In this document: positions 20,094 through 30,326 of the stretch, piece by piece
Position numbering within the stretch: the first letter of the stretch is position 1
Layout: each line of letters starts with the position of its first letter
Assembly: GCA_002320595.1 (NCBI GenBank)
Contig: DCKB01000021.1
Location: 36,508-100,507 of the forward strand
DNA from: Christensenella sp. UBA1685
GTDB lineage: Bacteria; Bacillota; Clostridia; Christensenellales; CAG-138
Length of the DNA: 64,000 nt
Reading direction: 5' to 3'
Program-made: the position numbers and the translations under genes
Notes under the pieces: model-generated
What the model was told of the DNA's origin: nothing
The model's database searches: none
Seen by the model: only the letters and a program-made list of their open reading frames with translations

Positions 20094-20123
20094 ATTATAT
20101 GTCTTATTATGTCATATTGTCAA
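20094..20123 (-). promoter_or_regulatory. promoter candidate for the 10-gene aldolase-to-oppF operon
   Basis: Minus strand TTGACA (20123-20118), 18-nt spacer, TATAAT (20099-20094). An AT-rich region with three ATGTC/ATTGTC direct repeats overlaps it. Confidence 0.5.
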
Positions 20124-20231
20124 TAGGTATTTTTAAAGATTCGCAAAAGAAAGATGGCCCCTTTAAGATCAGTAGGCCATCATATAAGTAATGTTTAAAT
20201 ATATTATAATATAAGTCAAGTTCATTATACT

Positions 20232-20801
20232 TTATGCTTTTTGAAACAGGTACCACGAAGGAGTTCTGTAGCTTATCTGCTCCATGGCCACCTCAATTGG
20301 AACAACTACATAGGGAGGAGCCATGTGAAAAAGCCCGCGCCTATACGGCTTATCATACTTTTCCTGCCGAAAAGAAGGATCCAACACATAAATATCCTCC
20401 TCCTTCGCCGCTGCTGCCAGAACAAAGTGCCCTCCATCAGAAAATAGCCCCTGGGGTTTTCCCGCATGGAGAATCGCGGCTGCACCTGCATGCAATCCCT
20501 CCAGCAGTTCTGCCTGTTCTGTTCCAACAGACAGGTTTAAATTGTACAGTTCCGCTATTTTCGCCGAAAACAGCTGCATATCCGTACCAAAATGATTTGC
20601 TCCTGCTTCTACAGAAATGCGCACCGCTTCCTCAGGCTCCAGCTCTTTTTCCGTAAGGGCGCTCACCAACATGCAAGCGCAAATCAACCCGCATCCCGCC
20701 TTTGCCACAGAGGGATACGGCTCTCGAGGCGCTGTTCCCTGCTCCAGCGAGGTGGGGTACAAAATATGTTCATAGTCCATCTGATTTAAAACCCGAATCA
20801 T
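20232..20801 (-). CDS. cytoplasmic papain-like cysteine-peptidase-fold protein (Peptidase_C39_2-like); paralog of 57053-57616
   Basis: ATG at 20801 (the track start at 20813 is TTG). Ordered Q...C...H...D motifs: NQMDY, AGCGLICACM, GGHFVL, VLDP. No signal peptide. Aligns along its full length with the 57053-57616 product, including the C-terminal LFQKA/LFRKA. Confidence 0.5.
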   Translation of the reverse strand: MIRVLNQMDYEHILYPTSLEQGTAPREPYPSVAKAGCGLICACMLVSALTEKELEPEEAVRISVEAGANHFGTDMQLFSAKIAELYNLNLSVGTEQAELLEGLHAGAAAILHAGKPQGLFSDGGHFVLAAAAKEEDIYVLDPSFRQEKYDKPYRRGLFHMAPPYVVVPIEVAMEQISYRTPSWYLFQKA

Positions 20802-20966
20802 GCATCTCTCCAAAAGCTATAATATAAACATATATAACATATATTGCATATATAGCATATGGAGATGAGCTTGTCAATGTGGATTTTCATGATAAACCCT
20901 ATATTATTATATTCCATTTTCCTTTTCTCAATGCTATACTACCAAGCGAAGGGGGTGGATAATAAT

Positions 20967-21494
20967 ATGAACCAACAGGCAATGGACGCTATTTTAAACA
21001 GAAGAAGCATTCGGCAATACACATCTCAACCGCTTTCAACAGGCGAAATTAAGCAATTGCTTACAGCGGCTATGAGCGCACCAAGTTGCATGAACTGCCG
21101 GGACTGGTCTTTTATTGTCGTAACAGATAGAGACATGCTGCAGCGCATGGCTGCAGGAAACGGCAAGCCAGCAGATCCTTTAAAGCAGGCTGCCGCTGGA
21201 ATCTTGATTTGCGGCGATCTGCTCCGTACCTTTTCAAAGGCCCCGGAGTATTGGATCATCGACTGCGCCATAGCGGCAGAAAACATTTGCATCGCTGCTC
21301 AAGCCATGAACATCGGCAGCGTATGGTTGGGTACCTGGCCGCAGATGGAACGCGTAAAGAATCAGTCCGCTCTTTTTGATTTGCCGGAACATATCGTTCC
21401 GCACTCAATAATCGCCTTGGGTTACCCTGACGGCGAACCCAAGCCAAGGCCCTGCATTTACGAAGAAAACCGCGTCCACTTCGAAACGTGGTAA
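20967..21494 (+). CDS. nitroreductase-family protein
   Basis: The start MNQQAMDAILNRRSIRQY at 20967 follows AAGGGGGTGG, and RRSIRxY is the nitroreductase N-terminal signature. The track ORF start at 20859 lacks an RBS. Confidence 0.85.
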   Translation: MNQQAMDAILNRRSIRQYTSQPLSTGEIKQLLTAAMSAPSCMNCRDWSFIVVTDRDMLQRMAAGNGKPADPLKQAAAGILICGDLLRTFSKAPEYWIIDCAIAAENICIAAQAMNIGSVWLGTWPQMERVKNQSALFDLPEHIVPHSIIALGYPDGEPKPRPCIYEENRVHFETW

Positions 21495-21525
21495 ACTCCC
21501 TCATATAAGAGCTTTTTTGACGGAT

Positions 21526-21550
21526 TGAGGGCCGGTAAAACCGGCCCTCA
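21526..21550. terminator. GC-rich hairpin between convergent genes (non-canonical terminator)
   Basis: 10-bp stem TGAGGGCCGG/CCGGCCCTCA with loop TAAAA. There is no clean U tract on either side. Confidence 0.5.
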
Positions 21551-21574
21551 CCTCATGGAAACGCTTATAGCTTA

Positions 21575-23407
21575 TCAGCCTTCGATATAAGCGGTGCGGA
21601 AGTAGACAAAACCAAGGGGCGAATAGAGGAAATCCTTCACATTGGTCTTGGCTAAGTAGGGGTTGGTGTAATAATAGATGGGAATCACCGCGTAGGTGTC
21701 CATCAGGGCCTTTTCTGCCTGGTACATAGCGTCCGCACGAGCCTGCATATCGCTGGAGGTCTTGATGGTGGTAATCAGTTGCTCATAAGCCTCGTTCCAG
21801 GTCTGCGATCCATTGCCGTAAACCGCTGCGCTGCCAACAGCGCCATCCTTGCCGAGGCGGGGATGGTTGTTGCCGGAAGCGGCCACATAGATTTCAAGGA
21901 AAGTGATGGAGTCGATATAGTCTGCAATCCAGCCAAGGCGGCTCATGGTAAAATCGCCATTTGAAAGAGCAGTCTGTATCACGGCCCAGTCGCGCTGGTC
22001 AACAGAGACGGTGATGCCATAGTCATCCCACATATCCTGAATGGCAGCGCACATTGCAAGGTTACCGCTGGTGGGGTTGACGCTGTATTCAAACACGGGG
22101 AAGTCGGTAAAGGTGCCGGTAGCCTCATCAAAGGTGTAATACTTCTTCAGGATATCCAGCGCCTCAGCGATGTTGGCTTCCTTGTCGGCAGGATCCACGC
22201 TCCACCATTTTTCGGCCTTGGCACGGAACTCGGTACCGGTGCCATCGTCCATGCCTGCAGGAACAAAGCCATATGCGGGCAGCTGGCCGCCCTGGGTGAT
22301 GGAATCCACAATGTAGTTCCTGTCAATCAGCAAGCCCAGTGCATGACGCACTTCCGCATTCTGAGCGGGGGTCCAGTCGGTCCAAGCGGCGGGGTCATCG
22401 CTGACGTTGCCGATGCCGGGCTTGAAGCTCTGCTCCACGTTGAACTGAAGGAAGTAAGTGCCGCTGTAGTCACCAATGAAGAAATCCACATTCATGCGGT
22501 TCGGATCATTCTTCAAAACGGGGATCTGGCTGATGGGAACCCTGGTGGTATACTGATACGTTCCGTTCTCGAAGTTGGCAAAGATTGCGTCGTCATCGCT
22601 GGAAAGGGCGAAGGTGAGCTTATCCAGCTTCACATTGGCGGCATTCCAGTAATTTTCATTGCGCACAAAGACGATCTTGTCGCCCACGGTCCACTCTGCC
22701 ATCTTGAATGCGCCGTTGCTCACATAGGTATCAGCAGAGAAGGTCCAGCCATCGGGGTTGGCTTCCACGATGTCCTTGCGAACCGGGAAATAGGTGGGGA
22801 ATGCCATCAGCTGGTTGAAGTAAGGGCACAGCGCACTGGTCACGATGGTGATGGTGCGGGCGGCATCATCGGCCTCAATTGCCAGCTCGGGGGTAGTATC
22901 ACTATAGCCTGCGATTACATCGAAGATATACTGATAGTCGGACAGGGTGTTGGGGTCCACAGCGCGGTTCCAGGAATAGGTGAAGTCAGAAGCCTTCAGT
23001 TCAGTGCCATCGCTCCATTTAAGGCCTTCCTTCAGGGTGATCACATACTGATAGGTGCCATCATCAAGCTGGGTGGGCTCAACAACCTCCTGTGCGCAGT
23101 CTGCGATGATGGTCTGCGTGCCGTCCTCATTGGTGTGCCACTGATAGAGGCCGGAGAAGGCATTGGACAGCATGATTGCGCCATCCACGGAAGAATTGAG
23201 GGCAGGGTCGATGGTCTCAGGATCGGGTCCGGTGCAGACCGTCAGCTCCTGCGCCACTCCACCGGCAGGTTCCCCGGGCGTGGTTCCGGGATCGCCTCCG
23301 GGCGTGGTTTCGGAATTGTTTCCGGGCGTGTTGCCGCTTTGTACACAGCCGACCAAGCATGCCGACAGCATGAGAACGGCCAACAGCAATGAAAACAGTT
23401 TCTTCAT
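21575..23407 (-). CDS. family-5 substrate-binding lipoprotein (second Opp-type system)
   Basis: 610 aa. MKKLFSLLLAVLMLSACLVGC signal peptide plus lipobox. Pro/Gly/Thr-rich linker, then a family-5 SBP body. Confidence 0.9.
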   Translation of the reverse strand: MKKLFSLLLAVLMLSACLVGCVQSGNTPGNNSETTPGGDPGTTPGEPAGGVAQELTVCTGPDPETIDPALNSSVDGAIMLSNAFSGLYQWHTNEDGTQTIIADCAQEVVEPTQLDDGTYQYVITLKEGLKWSDGTELKASDFTYSWNRAVDPNTLSDYQYIFDVIAGYSDTTPELAIEADDAARTITIVTSALCPYFNQLMAFPTYFPVRKDIVEANPDGWTFSADTYVSNGAFKMAEWTVGDKIVFVRNENYWNAANVKLDKLTFALSSDDDAIFANFENGTYQYTTRVPISQIPVLKNDPNRMNVDFFIGDYSGTYFLQFNVEQSFKPGIGNVSDDPAAWTDWTPAQNAEVRHALGLLIDRNYIVDSITQGGQLPAYGFVPAGMDDGTGTEFRAKAEKWWSVDPADKEANIAEALDILKKYYTFDEATGTFTDFPVFEYSVNPTSGNLAMCAAIQDMWDDYGITVSVDQRDWAVIQTALSNGDFTMSRLGWIADYIDSITFLEIYVAASGNNHPRLGKDGAVGSAAVYGNGSQTWNEAYEQLITTIKTSSDMQARADAMYQAEKALMDTYAVIPIYYYTNPYLAKTNVKDFLYSPLGFVYFRTAYIEG

Positions 23408-23505
23408 GAGTTGATTCCCTCCTTGTTTATTTGTTTAAAGGCGTCCTGCGCCAAAAAACCTTTGTTCAACGATACGCACACTATATAGCGCTATGAATCA
23501 TAATT

Positions 23506-24477
23506 TCACTTATTCCAGCATGCCACAAGATGCTCGCCGCCACGGTCCTCCAAGGGAGGGGCCTCCTGTGCGCAGCGCTCGCCGGCAAAACGGCAGCGGG
23601 GGCGGAAGGAGCAACCGGAGGGCAGGTTTAAGGGGCTTGGCACATCCCCTTCCAGGATGATTCGCTTGCGCTGGCGTTCGCGGTTGGGATCCGCCATAGG
23701 CACGGCGGAAAGCAGCGAGATGGTGTAAGGATGCATGGGGTTGGTGGAAAACTCCGAGGCATTGGCTATTTCCACGATTCTGCCCAGATACATAACCGCA
23801 ATGCGGTTTGAAATGTGCTCCACAATGGAAAGGTCATGGGCGATGAAAAGATATGTGAGCCCCCTCTCCTTTTGGAGATCTTCAAACATATTTATCACCT
23901 GAGCCTGGATGGATACGTCCAGCGCCGAGACAGGCTCATCACAAACGATAAATTCCGGATTTACAGCCAAAGCTCTGGCAATGCCGATGCGCTGACGCTG
24001 GCCGCCGGAAAACTCATGGGCATAGCGGGTGGCGTGTTCGCTGGAAAGATCCACCGCATCCATCAGTTCCTTAACGCGGGCAGCCCTCTCGGCCTTGGTG
24101 CTGCAAAGGTTGTTCACATCCAGCGGCTCTGCGATAATGTCTCCCACAGTCATGCGGGGATTCAGGCTTGAATAGGGGTCCTGAAACACAATCTGCGCCC
24201 GCCGGCGCATTTCGCGCACCTGCTGCTTGGTTTTGATATTGATCCCGTTGAAGGTGATGTCTCCACCCGTGGGAGGATAGAGGTGCAAAATCGTGCGGCC
24301 CACGGTGGTCTTTCCGCAGCCTGATTCTCCCACAAGGCCCAGAGTTTCGCCGCGCTTAATGGAGAAAGTCACGCCATCCACCGCCTTGAGCGGCTTGGAT
24401 TTCAGGAAGCCTGTGGTAACATTAAAATACTGCTTGAGGTCTTTGACCTCCAGAATGGTATCGCTGCACTTTTCCAT
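23506..24477 (-). CDS. Opp-type ABC ATP-binding protein (OppF-like, system 2)
   Basis: [27 protein letters not shown]-terminal Cys-containing oligopeptide-type extension. Confidence 0.9.
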   Translation of the reverse strand: MEKCSDTILEVKDLKQYFNVTTGFLKSKPLKAVDGVTFSIKRGETLGLVGESGCGKTTVGRTILHLYPPTGGDITFNGINIKTKQQVREMRRRAQIVFQDPYSSLNPRMTVGDIIAEPLDVNNLCSTKAERAARVKELMDAVDLSSEHATRYAHEFSGGQRQRIGIARALAVNPEFIVCDEPVSALDVSIQAQVINMFEDLQKERGLTYLFIAHDLSIVEHISNRIAVMYLGRIVEIANASEFSTNPMHPYTISLLSAVPMADPNRERQRKRIILEGDVPSPLNLPSGCSFRPRCRFAGERCAQEAPPLEDRGGEHLVACWNK

Positions 24478-24478
24478 G

Positions 24479-25504
<1,026 letters not shown>

Positions 25505-25505
25505 A

Positions 25506-26579
25506 TTATTCCTCCTTCAGCTTGGGATCGAAGGCATCCCTGAGGCCGTTGCCCAACAGGTTCAGCGACAGGATAATCAGGAAGATCGCCAGCGCCGGCA
25601 CGATAAGCAGATAGGGCCGGATAATCATCTGGCTGCGGGCGTCCGCCGCAAGGGAACCCAGGCTCGGCATGGGGATTGAAACGCCCAGGCCCAAAAAGCT
25701 CAGGAAGCTTTCCGTAAAGATGGCGGATGGGATCTGCAATGCTGCGGAAATGAAGATGACGGAGATGCAGTTTGGCAGCATGTGCTTGCGGATTATGCGG
25801 CTGGGCTTTGCGCCGATGGCCTGCGCCGCCAAAACAAATTCCTGCTTTTTAATGGAGAGCACCTGGCCGCGGACCAGCCGCGCCATGCCCACCCAATAAA
25901 GCAGGCCAAACACAACGAAGATGCTCACCATGCCGCTGCCAAGCTTTGCTACCGCCGAACCCGCCAAAGGCCCGTTTGTCAGCACATCCTTGATGGAGAC
26001 GGAAAGGAGGATAATCACCAGCATATCCGGAAGGGAATAGATGATGTCCACTATGCGCATCATCACAAGGTCAACCTTGCCGCCGAAATAGCCGGAGACG
26101 GCGCCGTATATCACGCCGATGATCACCACGATGGCTGCGGCGATGATGCCCACCAGCAACGAAATGCGCGTGCCGAAAATGACGCGGGCGGCGTAATCCC
26201 GGCCCAGCTCATCCGTCCCCAGAATGTGGGGGAACACATGCCCGCCGCTGTCGATGATAGCCTGCTCGGCCGGGCTGTATTGGAACGGGGCCAGATAGTT
26301 GGTGGTTATGCTGTTCTTGCCGGCGCTGGTGGTGGCGTAGTCATAAGGATAAAAGGAAGGCACACCGAAGGCGATTATCATTATGATTGCCAATACCACA
26401 AGGCATGAAATGGAAATCTTATCCTTTTTCAGCTTGCGGATACCATCCTTAAAAAAGGTGGTGCTTTCCCGCATGCGGTCCTGTTGGCGTTTTTCATCCG
26501 CAGTGGCAAGCTCGAACTTGCTTAAATCCATCTGCATGCTCAGCGGCGATTTCTTCGGGAGTTCATTTTTGATTTCCAT
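25506..26579 (-). CDS. Opp-type ABC permease (OppC-like, system 2)
   Basis: 357 aa, multi-pass. AAQAIGAKPSRIIRKHMLPN loop. Confidence 0.9.
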   Translation of the reverse strand: MEIKNELPKKSPLSMQMDLSKFELATADEKRQQDRMRESTTFFKDGIRKLKKDKISISCLVVLAIIMIIAFGVPSFYPYDYATTSAGKNSITTNYLAPFQYSPAEQAIIDSGGHVFPHILGTDELGRDYAARVIFGTRISLLVGIIAAAIVVIIGVIYGAVSGYFGGKVDLVMMRIVDIIYSLPDMLVIILLSVSIKDVLTNGPLAGSAVAKLGSGMVSIFVVFGLLYWVGMARLVRGQVLSIKKQEFVLAAQAIGAKPSRIIRKHMLPNCISVIFISAALQIPSAIFTESFLSFLGLGVSIPMPSLGSLAADARSQMIIRPYLLIVPALAIFLIILSLNLLGNGLRDAFDPKLKEE

Positions 26580-26591
26580 ATTCTCCCCCCT

Positions 26592-27518
26592 TTACTCAAA
26601 GTCGATGCGCTTATCGAGAATTTTATATATTACATCACTGATAAATGTCATAAAAATCATGATAAGCGAAAGGAATATGGTGGTGCCCATAATCATGGGA
26701 TAATCCGAACTTTGGATGCTGCTGACAAAGTACTTGCCCAGCCCCGGCACGGAGAATATCTGCTCCACCACGAAGCTGCCGGTAACGATGTAAGCAATCA
26801 TGGGGCCTGCATAGGTGACCACGGGGGTGAGAGCATTTTTGAGGGCATGTTTGAAGAGCACTTTCTTCTGATGGACGCCCTTTGCCCGGGCGGTGCGGAT
26901 ATAATCCTGGCCAAGCACATCCAGCATGCTGGAGCGGGTGAGCCTTGTAATATATGCGGAGGGATACAGCATCAGCGCCAATACCGGCATGATTAGTCCC
27001 CCCGGGTCGGTGCCCCGGGTTGGCAGGATGGCCCACCAGACGCCGAACGCCCACAATAAAATTATGGCCACCACAAAGTTCGGTAGTGAAACTGATGCGG
27101 TGGTCAGAACCAGTATTGTTTTATCCAGTGTGGTGTCCCTCTTAATGGCCGCGAGTGCGCCCAGCACCACGCCCGTGACAATGGCAAGCATCGCTGCGAT
27201 CAAGCCAATTTTTCCGCTGGTCTTAAAGCCTTCCCCCACGAGCGACATCACAGACCTGCCTCTAAAGTTTATGGAATCGCCAAAGTCCAGTTTGAGCACA
27301 TTGCCCAAATACTGCACATATTGCTGGCCCAAGGGCTTATCCAATCCATATTTTGCTTCCAACGCTTTTTTAACGGATTCTGTAAGAGCCTTTTGTTTGT
27401 TGAACGGGCTGGATGGAACGGCGTGCATAACAAAAAAAGTTATTGTTATGATCAAAATGATTGTGAACACCGCCAACAGCGACCGTTTCAGGACGTACCG
27501 TAGCATTTTGGAATCCAT
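26592..27518 (-). CDS. Opp-type ABC permease (OppB-like, system 2)
   Basis: 308 aa. ARAKGVHQKKVLFKHALKN loop. AGGAGG RBS 7 nt before the ATG at 27518. Confidence 0.9.
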   Translation of the reverse strand: MDSKMLRYVLKRSLLAVFTIILIITITFFVMHAVPSSPFNKQKALTESVKKALEAKYGLDKPLGQQYVQYLGNVLKLDFGDSINFRGRSVMSLVGEGFKTSGKIGLIAAMLAIVTGVVLGALAAIKRDTTLDKTILVLTTASVSLPNFVVAIILLWAFGVWWAILPTRGTDPGGLIMPVLALMLYPSAYITRLTRSSMLDVLGQDYIRTARAKGVHQKKVLFKHALKNALTPVVTYAGPMIAYIVTGSFVVEQIFSVPGLGKYFVSSIQSSDYPMIMGTTIFLSLIMIFMTFISDVIYKILDKRIDFE

Positions 27519-27879
27519 TGGTCATCCTCCTGTAGATCTTGTCAGAATTGTAAGTGTATCCATGGATATGTATATGTCATTGCGCGTTGTTCATTTACAC
27601 AAAGTCAATTATAGACAATAATTGTATGTGATTATTGGTTCAAATATACAATATATCGTCCAATATGCTTCGCTGTGATATGGCAATTACAAAAATGCTC
27701 ATTTTCTTCCCGGGCGCAGCCCACAGCCATCCGGCTTCCCCGCCGCAGGTGAAAGGCGATATGTTAAAATGTTGTACTGTTTTTTCTCAGCAGAAGAGGG
27801 TGACGTTGAAAATGCAGCGAACATTGTGGAAGGTGTTTTCTCCAAAATTCTGTAATCGTGTACTTTTGCGTGTACTTCG

Positions 27880-27922
27880 GATATATAAAAACGCCCGAAT
27901 CCTTATAGATTCAGGCGTTTTT
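27880..27922 (-). terminator. intrinsic terminator immediately 3' of tRNA-Ala
   Basis: Minus-strand stem AAAACGCCTGAATC / GATTCGGGCGTTTT (one mismatch) followed by TTTTTATATAT. Confidence 0.75.
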
Positions 27923-27925
27923 CAC

Positions 27926-28002
27926 TGGTGGAGCTTAGGGGATTCGAACCCCTGACTTCCACACTGCCAGTGTGGCACTCTAGCCAGCTGAGCTAAAGCC
28001 CC
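27926..28002 (-). tRNA. tRNA-Ala (anticodon GGC), CCA encoded
   Basis: Hand-folded cloverleaf. Acceptor GGGGCTT/AAGCTCC with the G3:U70 alanine identity pair. Anticodon stem CCACA/TGTGG with loop CTGGCAG. T-loop TTCGAAT. 77 nt. Confidence 0.9.
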
Positions 28003-28067
28003 GGTTCATAAATTGGCTGTCCGCTTTGGTATTCCGAGCGAAAGCCCCACGCATTCGCGCAGAAGTT

Positions 28068-28096
28068 ATTATACTGTATCCCCCGCGATTTGTAAA
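28068..28096 (-). promoter_or_regulatory. promoter candidate for tRNA-Ala
   Basis: Minus strand TTTACA (28096-28091), 17-nt spacer, TATAAT (28073-28068), about 60 nt upstream of the tRNA 5' end. Confidence 0.5.
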
Positions 28097-28130
28097 GCGT
28101 TTTTTATGAATTTGACTCTAAAAGCGCATT

Positions 28131-29195
28131 TCATATCAGGATGTTTTCAATGCCCATTTGGTCGAGCCAACGATACAAACATCCTTCCGCATCGGGGTAA
28201 ACGTAGTTTTCCCGCAGCGGATTTAGCGCGAGTATCGTTTGGATTGGCGGCAGCGTTGGAAGGTCATAATAGGCGGAATAATCATAATTTGCGCGCTGCT
28301 GCAAAACCGCCCGGTAAATATCCTCACTCGTCATCGCTGCAATATTTCCGAGGCGCTTTGTATGCATCCCCGCGTTGCCGTAATAGAACTCCAAGTTTTG
28401 TGTAATATGGAAAAATGCCCAGTCCGGCTTTTTCTGCTCGCATGCAGCATAATCCCAGCCCTCCCGCAAAGCACGCTCCCGTATGGCGGCTTCGTTGAAC
28501 CTCTCAACCTTCTGGAAAAACCGCGCTTCGTCAATTCCAAAGTAGCCGAGCCTGCCGCGAAGGCACATGCAGTCGTCATAGGTAGCGCGGCAGCTCTGAA
28601 ACGCACGCAGCCGTTCGACCGGGAGATAGGCCGGAATGGTCAAATACGCATGCGCACAACGCTTTTCTTCCAAAAAACAGCAGACCGCATCCCAATCCTC
28701 GATCATGCTGCGGTTCAGCATCAGATTGAACGTTGCGTCCATTCCTTCTCTGTACAGCATATCCGCCATCGTGGAAATCCCCTCAAACCCGTGCGGGTTG
28801 CGCACAATCTCATTGTGGCATGCTTCTGTGCCATGCAGTGTCAGCATCAGGTGCTTTGCGCCGAATTCCCGCAGCAGCGCAAATACTTCCGCCCGGTCCT
28901 CCCGGCTTTTCAGCGCGATCCCCGTCGTGGGCCAGTCGGAATCCTCACCCGGATAATACTTGGGCGCAAGCACATGCGTCATGCGCATAAGGGCGGGTGC
29001 TTCCGGATGGTTGAATGGCTCATGCCCAGGCGTGATGGAAACGCTTCCCTCCAGCTGTTCGAGCGCGGGCGCGAGCTTTTCAAGGCACGCGCGGTATGTT
29101 GCAAGCGGCATGTACGGTCCGGGGCCGCCGCTCACATAGCAATGCCTGCAATTGGTGTTACACCCCGCAACGGTAATTTCAAACGTATACTTCAT
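28131..29195 (-). CDS. radical SAM domain protein with a Cys-rich C-terminal half, function unknown
   Basis: 354 aa. CxxxCxxC cluster motif at residues 12-19 (GCNTNCRHCY). Further cysteines (CCFLEEKRC, CRATYDDCMC) could bind an auxiliary cluster. GGAGGAGG RBS. Confidence 0.8.
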   Translation of the reverse strand: MKYTFEITVAGCNTNCRHCYVSGGPGPYMPLATYRACLEKLAPALEQLEGSVSITPGHEPFNHPEAPALMRMTHVLAPKYYPGEDSDWPTTGIALKSREDRAEVFALLREFGAKHLMLTLHGTEACHNEIVRNPHGFEGISTMADMLYREGMDATFNLMLNRSMIEDWDAVCCFLEEKRCAHAYLTIPAYLPVERLRAFQSCRATYDDCMCLRGRLGYFGIDEARFFQKVERFNEAAIRERALREGWDYAACEQKKPDWAFFHITQNLEFYYGNAGMHTKRLGNIAAMTSEDIYRAVLQQRANYDYSAYYDLPTLPPIQTILALNPLRENYVYPDAEGCLYRWLDQMGIENILI

Positions 29196-29225
29196 CGCGT
29201 TTCATACCTCCTCCGCACCCTCTCT

Positions 29226-30326
29226 TTACCGAAAATACTGGTACAGCGTGCAGGGCATGCCGCCGTTTGACAGCTTACGCCGCTTCTCCGCACGGCGGCC
29301 GTATACGCGCTCGAACTCCGGGTATGCGGTGATGATGCTCTTTCGCCAGCCGGAAAGTGCATCAAACGCCGTGCGCATCTCGCGATACAGGCGTTCTGCC
29401 TCGCTTTTTTTGAACATGCGCTCACCATAAGGCGGATTGCAAACAAGCACGCCGCCCACCTTGTCGCTCGCAAGCGCGCGCACGGGGCGCACCGCCCAGT
29501 TCACCAAGATTCCTGCCTTCTTGGCATGCTTTTTGCAAAGATCAATGGAATGCGCATCGATGTCCGAGCCGAGAATATCCACCTTGGGGTTTGTGGCTGC
29601 ATCGCACGCTTCCTCACGTGCGAGGGCGAATGTGTTTTCAGGCAAAAACGGCCATTCTTCCGCCGCAAAAGCACGGTTAAGCCCGGGCGCCCGGTTGCCC
29701 GCAATCATCGCAGCCTCAATTGGCATGGTTCCGCTGCCGCACATCGGATCGATAAACGGCTGCTCCGGCACATACCGTGAAAGCAGCACGATTGCCGCGC
29801 CAAGTGTTTCCGAAATGGGGGCGGCAACGTTGAACGTGCGATAGCCGCGCCGGGAAAGCCCCGCGCCGCAAGGGTCGAGCGCAAGCGTCACCCAATCCTT
29901 CAGGATTCCGACCTCCACGATGACCTCTTTCCCCGTTTCGGGCAGGGTTTCCGTGCGGTAAGCTGCTCGCAGGTTTTCCACGATTGCCTTTTTCGTGATG
30001 CTCTGGCAGTCGGAAACGGAAAACAGCGTGCTTTTCGCGCTTTTGCCATTCACGTGAATAAAGGTATCCCGCGCGAGGTACTGCTTCCATGGCAGCGCCT
30101 TCACCCCTTCGAACAGCGCGTCAAATGTTTTCGCCTCGAACGCGCCGACTTCCAGCAGCACGCGCTCCGCCGTGCGCAGCCAAAGGCACGCGCGCGCCAT
30201 GGCGGAAAAATCTCCCCGAAACGTAACCCGCGCATCCGCAACGGCTTCCGGCTCGATCTCAATGCGCTTGAGCTCGGCGGCCACAAGCGATTCCAGCCCC
30301 AATTTACACGTTGCGATCAGTCTCAT
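29226..30326 (-). CDS. THUMP-domain class I SAM-dependent RNA methyltransferase (RlmK/L / YpsC-like)
   Basis: The real start MRLIATCKLGLESL at 30326 overlaps the upstream stop (ATGA). Motifs DPMCGSGT and the catalytic NPPYG. The 548-aa track ORF (to 30872) is an unsupported N-terminal extension into the TPR gene. Confidence 0.8.
   Translation of the reverse strand: MRLIATCKLGLESLVAAELKRIEIEPEAVADARVTFRGDFSAMARACLWLRTAERVLLEVGAFEAKTFDALFEGVKALPWKQYLARDTFIHVNGKSAKSTLFSVSDCQSITKKAIVENLRAAYRTETLPETGKEVIVEVGILKDWVTLALDPCGAGLSRRGYRTFNVAAPISETLGAAIVLLSRYVPEQPFIDPMCGSGTMPIEAAMIAGNRAPGLNRAFAAEEWPFLPENTFALAREEACDAATNPKVDILGSDIDAHSIDLCKKHAKKAGILVNWAVRPVRALASDKVGGVLVCNPPYGERMFKKSEAERLYREMRTAFDALSGWRKSIITAYPEFERVYGRRAEKRRKLSNGGMPCTLYQYFR

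Noticed and set aside
27635-27955. A 106-aa + strand ORF in the opp2/tRNA intergenic region, including an internal start with a plausible RBS near 27812.
   Set aside because: It reads through the tRNA-Ala terminator hairpin and into the tRNA gene itself. It has no recognisable sequence features.
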